Program-made: the position numbers and the translations under genes | Assembly (NCBI GenBank): GCA_964016885.1 | Contig: OZ024755.1 | Span: 18,104,001-18,168,000, forward strand | DNA from: Eledone cirrhosa | Taxonomy: Eukaryota | Direction of reading: 5' to 3' | Length of the DNA stretch: 64,000 nt | The notes under the pieces: generated by a model | Database searches by the model: none | The model's input: only the letters and a program-made list of their open reading frames with translations | What the model was told of the DNA's origin: nothing | Shown here: piece after piece, positions 42,429 to 54,900 of the stretch | Layout: every line of letters starts with the position of its first letter | Position numbering within the stretch: position 1 is the first letter of the stretch

Positions 42429-42589
42429 TTAAACTCTATTCTGTATGCCATAACTAACATCTCCACTTAAATAGCCTATATGACACAGCCATCACTGAAT
42501 GATAAACCCGATGAAGCCATCATTGTATGACATATCTGGTTCAACACTCACTTCATAGTATCTTTAACACACATCTCTCTCTCTCTATA

Positions 42590-44005
42590 TATAATGAACC
42601 TGACACCTTTCTCTATATATACAATGAACCTGACACCCCTCTCTATATATATATAATGAATCTGACATCTCTCTCTCTATATATATATAACGAACCTGAC
42701 ACCCCTCTCTATATATATATAATGAATCTGACATCTCTCTCTATATATATATATAACGAACCTGACACACCTCTCTCTTTATAATGAACCTCGCAAATCT
42801 CTCACTGTAATATGGATGAAGCAAAGCCATCAATGTAATATGAACCTGTGATAGAACTCACCAAATAATGGACCAATCCTACCTATCACAGTATAATGGA
42901 CCAATCCTACCTATCACAGTATAATGGACCAATCCTACCTATCACAGTATAATGGACCAATTCTACCTGTTACAGTATAATGGACCAATTCTACCCGTCA
43001 CTATATAATGGACTAGTCCATAACCACCACTGTATAAGGGACCAGTCCTACCTACCACTGTATAAGGGACCAGTCCTACCTACCACTGTATAAGGGACCA
43101 GTCCTACCTACCACTGTATAAGGGACCAGTCCTACTTGTCACTGTATAAGGGACCAATCCTACCTACCACTGTATAATGGATCAGTCCTACCTGTCACTG
43201 TATAATGGACCAGTCCTACCTGTCACTGTATAATGGACCAGTCCTACCTATCACTGTATAATTGACCAATCCTACCCGTCACTGTATAATGGACCAGTCC
43301 ATCACCACCACTGTATAATGAAACCTAGCCATCACTGCACCATGAAATTCTCCTAACCATCACAGTACAAAACATATAACCCAACCCCCAACACTCACAG
43401 TATAATATACATGTTCTTAGCCATCACAGTATAATATACATGTTTTAGCCATCACTGTATAATAGATCTCTCTTAGCCATCACTTTATAATAGATCTCTC
43501 TTAATCATCATTTTATAATAGATCTCTCTTAGTCATCACTGTATAATAGATCTCTCTTAGTCATCATTTTATAATGAAGCTAATATAGCAATCACTGTAC
43601 AATTTATATGTCCTCGAGATCACTGTGTAATGAATATATTTTATCACTGTGTATGTGTGTATGTGTGTATATATATATACATATATATATTAATTTTAGA
43701 CATCACAATATCTCAAGGACTGACTTAATCTTCAACTGAAGCAAGCTATCCCCAGTCCCAACAACTAGTAAAGATTTAAAGAGCAAGTCCTAGGGGAATC
43801 GTCGCAAGATTTGAGTATCTCAGAAAAGAAACGAAAGATCTTGAGTATCTAAGAAAAGAAACTATGGACCTTAAATGTCTAAGAAACCAAAGACTTGAAT
43901 AACTAAGAAAAGAAACCAAAGATGTTGAGTAACTCAGAAAACAAACCAAAAATCTTGAGTATCTAAAAAGCCAAAGACCTTGAGTATCTAAGAAAAGAAC
44001 CAAAG
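42590..44005. repeat. Series of adjacent 28-30-bp minisatellite families
   Basis: Arrays at 42590-42790, 42866-43320, 43400-43575 and 43805-44005. Confidence 0.88.
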
Positions 44006-44479
44006 AAAGGAATGTCTGATACTAACCTCTGCAAACCATATTTTCCATTATTCATCCAAACCCTGCAAACTCAGCCATTATACAAAAAAGCATGCTTCTT
44101 GACAGTCATTAACCCATTTGATACTAAATCGGACCCTGTTTCTATGATACAAAACTGTTTCTTTTAAAATAGTTATATTTATCTAAATTCGTTACGGTGG
44201 ATTGGCAGTAAAGAGTTACGGCCATTTATGGTCTGAGTTCAAATCCCGCCGAGGTTAACTTTGCCTTTCATCCTTACGGGGTCGATAAAATAAAGTACCA
44301 GTAATACACTGGGTAATTGCTGGCCTTGTGCCAAAAATAGAAACAATTATAATTTTATGTAAGAATCTTTGTTAAGTTTGAAACTGTTTTCAATATGTTT
44401 TTACAATATTTACATCTGAAATCCATCCTTTGAGGTTATAGCTCAGTATATAACCACATTCCATGCCTCTTACTAATAT

Positions 44480-45110
44480 TAACCCTTTCCATACCAAACT
44501 ATCTGAAACTGTCCCCCTCCTGCTTCTATAGTATAAAACATGTTTATTTTAAAATGTTTATATTTATCTAAAAGCCTCCCAATATAATTTTATATAAAAA
44601 CCTTTAAGTTATGCTCCAAATGCTAGTGTAACAATGAGAAGGTTAATAATGTCAATACATCCCTCCAAATTCTTCTTCTTCTTCCACTTATTCCCGAGAG
44701 GGTAATGGAGCAGAGTCCTCAAGCACTCCTTCTAGTGGGTCCCGTCAGAAGCAACCATTTCCAACTGATCTGGCTGGATCGCCAAGTGAGACCAGCCAAG
44801 CTCATAGATGTTATCCAACCATCTTTCTCGGGGGTCTTATACCCCTGGGTCTCCTGCCAGTTGGTTTTGCCTGTAAAATCTGTCCTGTGATTCTTTCCTG
44901 AGACATTCTAACCACATGTCCATAAAATCGGAACAGTAGTGGCTCTACTTGGAGCAACACTCTAATCTCTGAGCTACACACTCTATTGAGTAGTGTTACT
45001 CCAAGGACCCTTTGGAGAGAGGAACCCCAATTCAGCTGCTTGTTACTTTCAAAATTGAAAGTAATAGGCAGTGTTTGTTTTTACTAGAAACATGGTGATG
45101 AAAGGGTTAA
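44480..45110. mobile_element. Second piggyBac-like MITE family copy interrupted by a minus-strand RTE 3' fragment (~44670-45040)
   Basis: ttaaccctttc...gaaagggttaa ends; internal fragment homologous to the RTE tails at ~19950-20185 and ~58370-58760. Confidence 0.55.
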
Positions 45111-45294
45111 CAGGGGCTACCAAAACCTGTTATTTTTTAAAGAGAAACTTTGTTGTTGCTAAGTAAAATCTATGTAAGTCATTTCTGAAATTGTTATTGA
45201 AGTAGCTGTGACTAGTTTAGTCAGCATTTTTATTGGAAATATTCTGAAAAGTTTGAATTAAATATGCTTTAATTTTATATAATAAATGTACATA

Positions 45295-45626
45295 CTCTTT
45301 TGGGTCTCAAATATTTGTCCCCTCCGCTTATTCATTTTTTAAAGATTTTTTTCCAACTCACCCGCTTATTAAATTTTGCTAATCTATCTCCAGCAAAATT
45401 TTTTTATTTTATAACGAATGGGATTTTTAGTAATGTACTTTTTTGGTCATGTACAGTGTTTTTTAATATATAAAGAGAATTAACTGTTGCAAGAATGCTA
45501 CCACTTGAAATAAAATTTCACTGGAGATAGATTAGCAAAATTTAATAAGCAGGGGTTTGGAAAAAATCTGAAAAATTAATAAGCAGGATGGGGACAGATG
45601 GATGCTTATTTGAGACCCTAGAGTAG
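45295..45626. mobile_element. TA-flanked Tc1/mariner/pogo-like MITE; fragments at ~20190-20445, ~29313-29520, ~48210-48285
   Basis: GGGTCTCAAATA/TATTTGAGACCC terminal inverted repeats and internal inverted segments. Confidence 0.55.
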
Positions 45627-46544
45627 TAGAAGATTATAGCATTGTTTTTGGTTAAGTGTATCATAATACAAACATGGTGCAGCTCACAACTGCCCTACAG
45701 ATTTATAAACTGGTCAATATTCTTAACCCTTTTGATAACAAATCACATAAATCTACCCCTGGTTCATTGATAAGAAAAAATGTTTTGAAATGTTTACCAT
45801 CATCATCATTATCACTGATTAATGTCCTATTTCCATGCTTGCATGGGTTAGACGGAGCGTCCACATTATGAAGCAAGTCTGGCCAGTTGGCCACGCCATA
45901 ACTTGCTCAAACGGAACTGTATTTTGGTTGGGTTTTTTTTACAGCAGAATGCCCTACCTAACACCAACCATGTTTACAGTAGTTGATGATATGGGGAGTT
46001 GTGTAACGACAGTTATAATATTTATGGCACACACACACATATTTACAAACACACACATGCATATTTACACACACACATACAAACACATTTAGTCACACAT
46101 ACATACACATTTACACACACACACATACATATAATAATGACCTATTTGTTTTTCCTTTAACAAAAATCCATTGAAGAAATTGTTGTGATCATTATTCGAG
46201 GTTAACTTTGCCTTTCATCCTTACGGGGTCGATAAAATAAAGTACCAGTAATGCACTGGGTAATTGCTGGCCTTGTGCCAAAAAGTAGAAACAATTATTA
46301 TTAAATGTGATGTTATTGGGATTATAGGTCAATCTTAACAACAAAAATGGTAATGACTGTACCACACAACTTTCAATATATATTTACGATACCCTCCATT
46401 TGAAACTTGGGTGTATTTAAAGGTATCTGAAAGAAACTATTTAGTAATATATAAATATATCAAACTGTTAATATAGATATTGTCAACTTCTGTCTTATGC
46501 ATTGCATTGATTGCTATTTTCTTTTCTTTGTATACATACATAGA

Positions 46545-46580
<36 letters not shown>

Positions 46581-46728
46581 TATATTATATTATATTAAAT
46601 GCAGGTAGACGACCAGTTAGGGTATTGTAACTGGTAGGTCTTGAAGTATCCTGAGGTAAGCACTCAACATCCTGAAGCATTGTAGATTACATCTGGTGGT
46701 CCAGGCAGAGTATATATATATATATGTG

Positions 46729-46760
<32 letters not shown>

Positions 46761-46977
46761 ACACCAACATATTTTATTAAGACATTGGGTATGTTTGAAA
46801 ATTTGAAATCTAACTGCTTTTCTTTTGAAAAGCTGCCACCAATGCATATTTTACTATAAATTAGTTAAATAAATCACGTAAATAAACCTGAAAGAGGGGA
46901 AAATGGTGGATAGAGAACATCTTTGTTCCCCTTTTTTCTCTCTTCAAGGATACACCACCCCTTAACTTACATTCACT

Positions 46978-47024
<47 letters not shown>

Positions 47025-47096
47025 CTTGGCAATCAGTTTTCTGAATACACACACACACACAAGATTAGCTTGGAAATCAGTTTTCTGAACACACAT

Positions 47097-47187
<91 letters not shown>

Positions 47188-49140
47188 AGATTAGCTTGGC
47201 AATCACTTTTCTGAAGAATTGTAATATTTATTGAATTTAATAAAATATTTTAAATTTCCCACAAATGTGTTATACTTATTTTATTGCTTCTTTTGTATTG
47301 CTGATCAAGACATAAATATTCCTTAGTGAAGAGGAAGACATCATTTTGGGCTCATCATCATTATGGCTTTGATTCATAGACTGTGTAATACATTTTGTTT
47401 TTGAGCAAGATATTTTATTTCATGCTGTTTCAGTCTGTGCAGCTAAAAGAATGAGTAGCAACTGCTGGTGGTTACCTCTGTGATGGACTGGTATCATGTT
47501 CAGAGGGTTGTCTTGAAACCAGGATAAGTTCTGGTTTGATGTGCCTCAAGGATTTGGACAGATTAATGGACTAGTGTCCTGTTCAAGGGTATCACTTGAA
47601 ACTGAAATAAGCCCTGGTTTGATGTGCCTCTAGGATTTGCAGAGACTTGAACTTTTTAAAATCATTCCAGAAATAGATATGAAATTTCCTAAATTTTGTC
47701 GAAATAATTTAAGGAATTAATGTTTTGATATTTTGTCTCAAGACAGCCCAGAATTCCAAGGAATATTTAATCTTTTTGTTATCAAACCACCTGAAACTGG
47801 CCATGGTTCTGTTACAAAACTGTGTGGTTTAAAATGTTTATATTTATCTAAAAATCTTCCCAACATATTTCTATATAAGAAACTTTTTAAAATTATATTC
47901 CAAACACCAACTGAATAACTGTTTCTACTTTTGGCACAAGGCCAGCAATTATCCCAGTGCATTACTGGTACTTTATTTTATCGACCCCGTAAAGGTAAAG
48001 ATGAAAGGCAAAGTTAACCTCGGCGGGATTTGAACTCAGGCCGTAAAGGGACGTAACTCTATGGTGGAAAGTATGGCGTCCGACCCTGCTTTCCACCAAC
48101 TTAATAATGATAAATTTACTTATATTACCAAGTCCCCACTAAACTGATTATTTTCAAAATGGCCTGAAAAACATAGGTAGTTACTTTTATTAGAAATATG
48201 GCAACAAAAAATTACCGACCCCTCATCACTCCCACTTATCCCTCCACTCCACCCCACCCCATCCTTTATTTGGGACCCAAGAGTACAACTGTTTGCCACA
48301 GTTGAGTGGGCTGGGGCAACATGAAATAAAGTGTTTTTCATCAAAGACACAATGTACCCATCAAGGACTGAATTCACACCCTTACAATTATAAGCTAAAC
48401 ACCTAAACCACTATGCCAAACACATTCACACATAGAAAGATTTCAGAGAGGACATGTTTCAGAAATGTTTAAATAGTTTCTGACAGTAATGCAGCATACA
48501 CAATCGAACAATTGACTTGTGTACCATAAATTTGGACATGTTACAACCTGCCACTGATAAACTTAATCACAATTTACTGGAATCCTATAACCATATAACG
48601 TTAATGGAATGTACCAATTAAAAACCTTCTGTTGTCATAACTTTCATTTAATTACACCCAAGTGTATGTATGTATACGCACACACACATATATAATTATC
48701 ATTTATACATACATACATACACATTTATATATATATATCATCATTACCATTTATACACAGACACACACACACCTATCTTTACCATTTTAAGTTTTTTTTT
48801 CTGTTTGCATTGTTTGGATAGGTAGACAGGTCTTTTCAGCAGATGAACACATCCATGGATATACACATATATATATATATATCTATACTTATATATAGGT
48901 GTCTGTGTATACATATATATACATACATATAGATAGTATTAATGGAAAAATGTTACTTCTTTCATTCAAACACCATATTTATTCCCTGATACAAGAGAGA
49001 GAGAAAGATGCAATCAATCATACATACATATACAGTCATACTTCTGTTATGTTGACACCTGTTAAATAAGTAACAAGACAATCTAGAAAAAGGTGTCCAG
49101 ATAATATTATAACCCAGATACTATCTAGGCTACAATATAT

Positions 49141-49647
49141 CTACTTGGTGGTTTGTAAGCAACAATTTCCTTGGAACATCAGTATATAACAGTGAGAGCT
49201 ACTTGGTGGTTTGTAAAGAAGGTTTCCTTGGAACATCAGTATATAACAGTGACAGCTACTTGGTGGTTTGTAAAGAAGGTTTCCTTGGAACATCAGTATA
49301 TAACAGTGAGAGCTACTTGGTGGTTTGTAAAGAAGGTTTCCTTGGAACATCAGTATATAACAGTGAGAGCTACTTGGTGGTTTGTAAAGAAGGTTTCCTT
49401 GGAACATCAGTATATAACAGTGACAGCTACTTGGTGGTTTGTAAAGAAGGTTTCCTTGGAACATCAGTATATAACAGTGAGAGCTACTTGGTGGTTTGTA
49501 AAGAAGGTTTCCTTGGAACATCAGTATATAACAGTGAGAGCTACTTGGTGGTTTGTAAAGAAGGTTTCCTTGGAACATCAGTATATAACAGTGACAGCTA
49601 CTTTGAGGTCTGTAAAGATTGTTTCTTTGGTACATTATATTTAACAG
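49141..49647. repeat. 57-bp tandem repeat, ~9 copies, ending at the CCDC33-like acceptor
   Basis: Units start at 49141, 49199, 49256 ... 49598. Confidence 0.95.
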
Positions 49648-49766
49648 TGAGGAAAAGCTTGGAGAATGGATAAACAAGAAACCTCAGATGATGCTGATGC
49701 TGAACAAAGCAAAAAGGACTTACTATTTAGTAGCAGAGAATTCTGGTCACCCTGGTTTAATGACAG
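49648..49766 (+). CDS. CCDC33-like first coding exon (ATG 49666: MDKQETSDD...WFNDR)
   Basis: ttaacag acceptor; ag|gtatgt donor in phase 2, matching the next exon; in-frame TGA at 49648 upstream of the ATG. Confidence 0.65.
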
Positions 49767-51945
49767 GTATGTCTAATTACTAATGAATCTATATAGGGAA
49801 GGTGATATTTTAGAATAACAACTACAACTAATAATTAGAGTCTGTCTCAAGCCAGAAGCCTCGTTAGGCTGGTGCTTACTCCGGTTTTGTGATGTGAAGT
49901 GACAGAGTACAAGAGTGTCCCCAATCCATTGCAGGATTAAACCCCTAGATAGTGCTGGTATTCATTTTCAGCATACATATTTTGAGTATACTGGAGCATT
50001 GTGAAATGAAGTGTTTTGCTCAAGAACACAACACACAACCCAGCCCAGAAATCGAACCCATGACATTATGATTGTAAGTCCAGCACCTTTCCCACTAGGC
50101 CACGTGGCGTGGAAAATGGACGTTAAACGATGATGAACGATGATGATGATATATATATATATATATATATACATTTAGAAACACACAGATACATGCGGAC
50201 ACACACATATATACATGAATGCATCCGCACCCAACTGTGAGTTAAGGGTGCCAACTTCACCGATGTTGCTCAATGAATGACTGGGACAGACCAATTCAGT
50301 TTGAACCAGACTGAACCAGTATCAGAGTTAAAAATACATTATGAAGAGAGAAGAAACATTTAGATATAATTAGTAATAAAGTGTATCATACCTAAACTGT
50401 TCCAAAATTCCTCTATATATATATAGCCCCCTATATGTAATCCTGACAGAGATTGAACCCCAGCCCCAAATGTCCACTGCCTCTAACACCTGCCACTAGG
50501 CCATGTATAATAAAAGTACACATAGTCTTGCTGTACTTTAAGCTGTGACTATATCACAGCTATCTCAGTGTTGGTGTAAGAGTGGAATCAAGTGTGTAAA
50601 TGGTGTAATTTGTTTGTAGATGTTGTTACAGTTCAAAACTTCATAGGATGTGCTGGCCTCCAATGTGATTGCATCTCTTATCCTTAGTTTACATTTGGCG
50701 TTTAATTGTATTAACCTTTTAACATTCTCATTACTCTATATATACTATTATAGTTTCATGGTAAATGCTCTATCTCACATGATATCGAATCTATGAGATT
50801 TTGAAAGTATTTATTTTGAGAACAATACCTTTACATCAGTTTGAGTGACCAGTTACAGCCAGTTTCAACAGAAAAAGGTAGAGAATTCTGGCCGGTTTGA
50901 ACATTAAAGGATTAAACCAGCCATATCTGGCCAGAATTCTCCCACCTCTTTCTGTTTAAACCAGCCATAACTGGCTGCTCAAAATAAATAACATCAAAAT
51001 CTCATAAATTCGTTATTATGTGAGATAATTATGTAAGATAAAGCCTTTACTACAAAAATACAATAAATAAAGGGTTAAACCAAAACTATTTTTCCCATAC
51101 AAAATATTGAGAGAGAGAGATAGAGAGAAATATATATATATATATAGAGAGAGAGACTGTGTGTGATAGATAGATATCACCACAGTAACAAACTACATGG
51201 CAAGTGATGCTGATACTCCCAGCTTGTCGTCAACTGTTGTTGTTGGCTTGTGTGTTCGTTACTCGAGACACTGTTCATCTAACGTGGAAGAGTGGAAGAT
51301 GGACGTTAAACGAAGATGATGATGATGATGATGATGATGATGTTCATGAACTGAGATGTTTTATGTTCAGAAGAATTGTTCATGAACTGATTTATTCATG
51401 AACTGCTTTTTGACTGCTTTTTGTTATATTATAGGCAGAAAGAAAACCCTGTAGGTTTATCACAAGAAAATGAGCCTAAAGAAGAACTGAGTCACTACAG
51501 ACAAGCAGTGCGTAGAATGGGAGAGGATATTCTGACACTTAATAACCATGTGACACAGTTACAAACAGCAAACATGCAACTAAAGAATGCATTAGCATGC
51601 TATGAAAATGTAACAGACTTTCATATTGACTACAGTAACATTGATGGAATCAGTAAAGCTGAGATTATGGAAAATTATGGTAAGGAATCAACTAAACTAT
51701 CTTTGAAGGGGACCAACCTGGAGTTAAATGCCAACAACAATAGACTTTGATATTAAAGAGTTATTTTATTGTTTCCTTAAAGCCTCATTGAAATTGAAGA
51801 TGCTGAGTCAGACGAATGAGTTGAACAACTACAAACAGAAAATATTACAATTGCAGAATGAAATAATAAAGGTAATATGAAACAGCAAAAGCAAGTCTTT
51901 TAAGGCCATTTTACCCTGCTAAGGCAAAGGTTAGATATGTGGGCT

Positions 51946-51995
<50 letters not shown>

Positions 51996-54900
51996 TCGTA
52001 TAAGCACCTGAAGAAAGATCACAAATTTGATCCTTGAAACCTTGGATATATAAATAAATAATATAATATAATAAACATATATATATACATATATATGCAG
52101 AGGTTATATTTAATTTGTTGGGATTCAACAAGCTTAAACATTTTTATAACTGATATAAAGCACTCAACGGATTATTGGAGTAAATACACAATATATTAAT
52201 AAATGGAAACTATATTTATAAAACCATATTTATTTTATTACACATATTTCAAGGAAGCACCAACTGTTAAGGTTGTCTTTTTTTCCGGGTATGTCAATAT
52301 TTATTTATAAAACAAATCTGTATTTTATCTGATGAAAGCACACCATAATTTGTCTTGGTTGCCCTTGAAATATGTATAATAAAATAAATATGGTTTTATA
52401 AATATAGTTTCCATTTATTAATATATTGTATATACATATATATATATAAATAAATAATATAATACAACCACATAGACATAACGGAGGAGGATGTGGTATA
52501 CGCCATAGATGAAATTAGAACAGACTCAGCTGCTGGACCTGATGGATTCCCAGCAGTCCTCTTAAAAACATGTAAGCGGGCCTTAGCAATTCCACTGAAG
52601 ACGTTCTTCAGAAGCTCCTTGGCTAGCAGTATACTACCCAGGGAGCTGAAAGAAGGCACAATGTGCCCTAGCAGAGCGGAGGCCAAAAACTATAGGCCAG
52701 TCTCCCTGACGTCACATATCAGTAAGGTCATGGAGCGAGTTATCAGAAAAAACTGATCACTTTCCTCAAGGAAAATGACTACCTGACTAGCACGCAGCAT
52801 GGCTTTCGCCCAGGAAGAAGCTGCCTTACACAGTGTAAGGAAGAAGCTGCCTTACACAGCTGCTACATCACTACGACTGTGTACTGAAACAACTGCTAGA
52901 CAGCTCACATGTGGACGTGATATATCTTGACTTTGCGAAGACCTTTGACAAGGTCGACCATGGAATGATGTCACAAACTACACGGACTCGGCATAACTGG
53001 AAAAGTAGGTGAGTGGTTGCATGACTTATTAAAGGACAGAAGCCAGACAGTCGCAGCAAACGGGGCCCTTTCAAAGGAAACATCAATAACAAGTGGGGTG
53101 CCCCAAGGCACAGTCCTAGGACCACTACTCGTTTTGGTGGCTCTTTCAGACATGCCCTCTGTAGTACATACAACAACATCCCTCACTAGCTATGCTGATG
53201 ACACTAATGTAGCACAGTGATCTACATGTGGAAAATCCTGGAGCGACTAACACCAAACTTTGGCATTGGTAGCTCTATAGCCTCAGTACCCTCACCCTTG
53301 TAATTTTAAGATAGAATTGGCCGATTACGCTTTACTAATTATTTATAGCAGATGTGTTAGACCCCTGTGTTTTCTTTTTTGCTACTACTCCAATTCTACT
53401 TTTCAATATTTCTTATTTACTATTTTCTTTTCTCAACTTATTAACCTGTAATTGTAAGATAGCATTGGCTGATTACGCTTTACTAACTATTTATAGCAGC
53501 TGTTAGACCCCTTGAAAAGTTTGCATTATATTTTTCACTACCCACTTCTACAATTTCTTATTTAGTATTTTCCATTCTCTACTTATTAAACTTTTCTATA
53601 GCTTTGCCGTACTAGCAACACCTACTAATTATAGCAGCTGTTTCTAGACTAGTGTTTTTGTTTTTTTATTCATTTCTCACTATCTAATTTTTTATATATA
53701 TATATATTTTTATTTCCTTGTCTCCTACTCCCATTCGACTTACCTATTCTTTAAACTCCCCTCTTTTCCTCCAGAACAATTTTTCGACTTTTCATACACT
53801 ATCCTTAGAATCTGCTGTATAGATTTCACTTTCAACGCCTGACTGGCTTTACTCACTCCCTCATTGTTCTACCTGCAAGTTCAGCCACCCCTACCTCCCA
53901 CCAAATGCCATGATAGATTTATTTGTCTTTACAACAAATTTTGACCAATCCTCTTGACAATTACAATCTTCCCATATAAGGAAGTACCCCTTGATAAGTC
54001 CGGCTATTTATTTACCAGGCTAAAAATTCTAAATTAGGCCAGAAATAGCCGTCGAAACGGCTTGAGCTCTGCCGTCGGGGTCATACCTTTTCCTATTACC
54101 CACTCTACTACCCTAAGTATTGAGTACTCTGGTTCCTTACCACGATTCCTTCGTTTTATACTACATATATATCCACATATCCACACATACATATATACAC
54201 ACACACATACATATATATACACATATCTATCTCACACATACGCACGTGCATACATACACACATATAAAAATATACACACACATATACATATGCACACATA
54301 CACATAAACATGTACCCATATATCTGTATACCTTCAGACACATATATAAAAAAACACATCTATACATACATATATCTATACACACATCCACTCAAGTGTT
54401 TAAGTTCATATATACATTGGTGCGGGGAAGGGGAAATTAATGAAATGTTATTGTACCTCTGAGGGTTTTTCTTCTCTTCAACGATCGAATGTTTGAAAGT
54501 ACGGGTGTCATCAACTATTTTTCTTTTTCAATATGAGATTTTTTAAAGAAAAGAGAGGGGGAGAATCCCGTTGCTTGAAGATGGCATATCACTTTTTTGT
54601 GTTCAGAAGTGGTTTGTATTTTCTAATAAAGAATTCTTCTTTATATTTTCGGAAGTGTTCGTTGTCCGACCATATCTTAAAGAAGGGGAAAATTGTGAAA
54701 TTTCCCTTTCCGCTTGTTGCGAAGTGTTCACTGCATGTGGTGTTTCTGACAGGGGGGTCTCTAATTTGTTGATTATGTACTCGAACTCTGTCATGTAGAC
54801 CTGTTCCGGTTTCACCAATGTAGTATTCTTTACATTGTGGGCAGGTTGCACAGTAAATCAAGTTTTTTGTTTTGCAATTTATGTTTGCATTAACTGTGAA

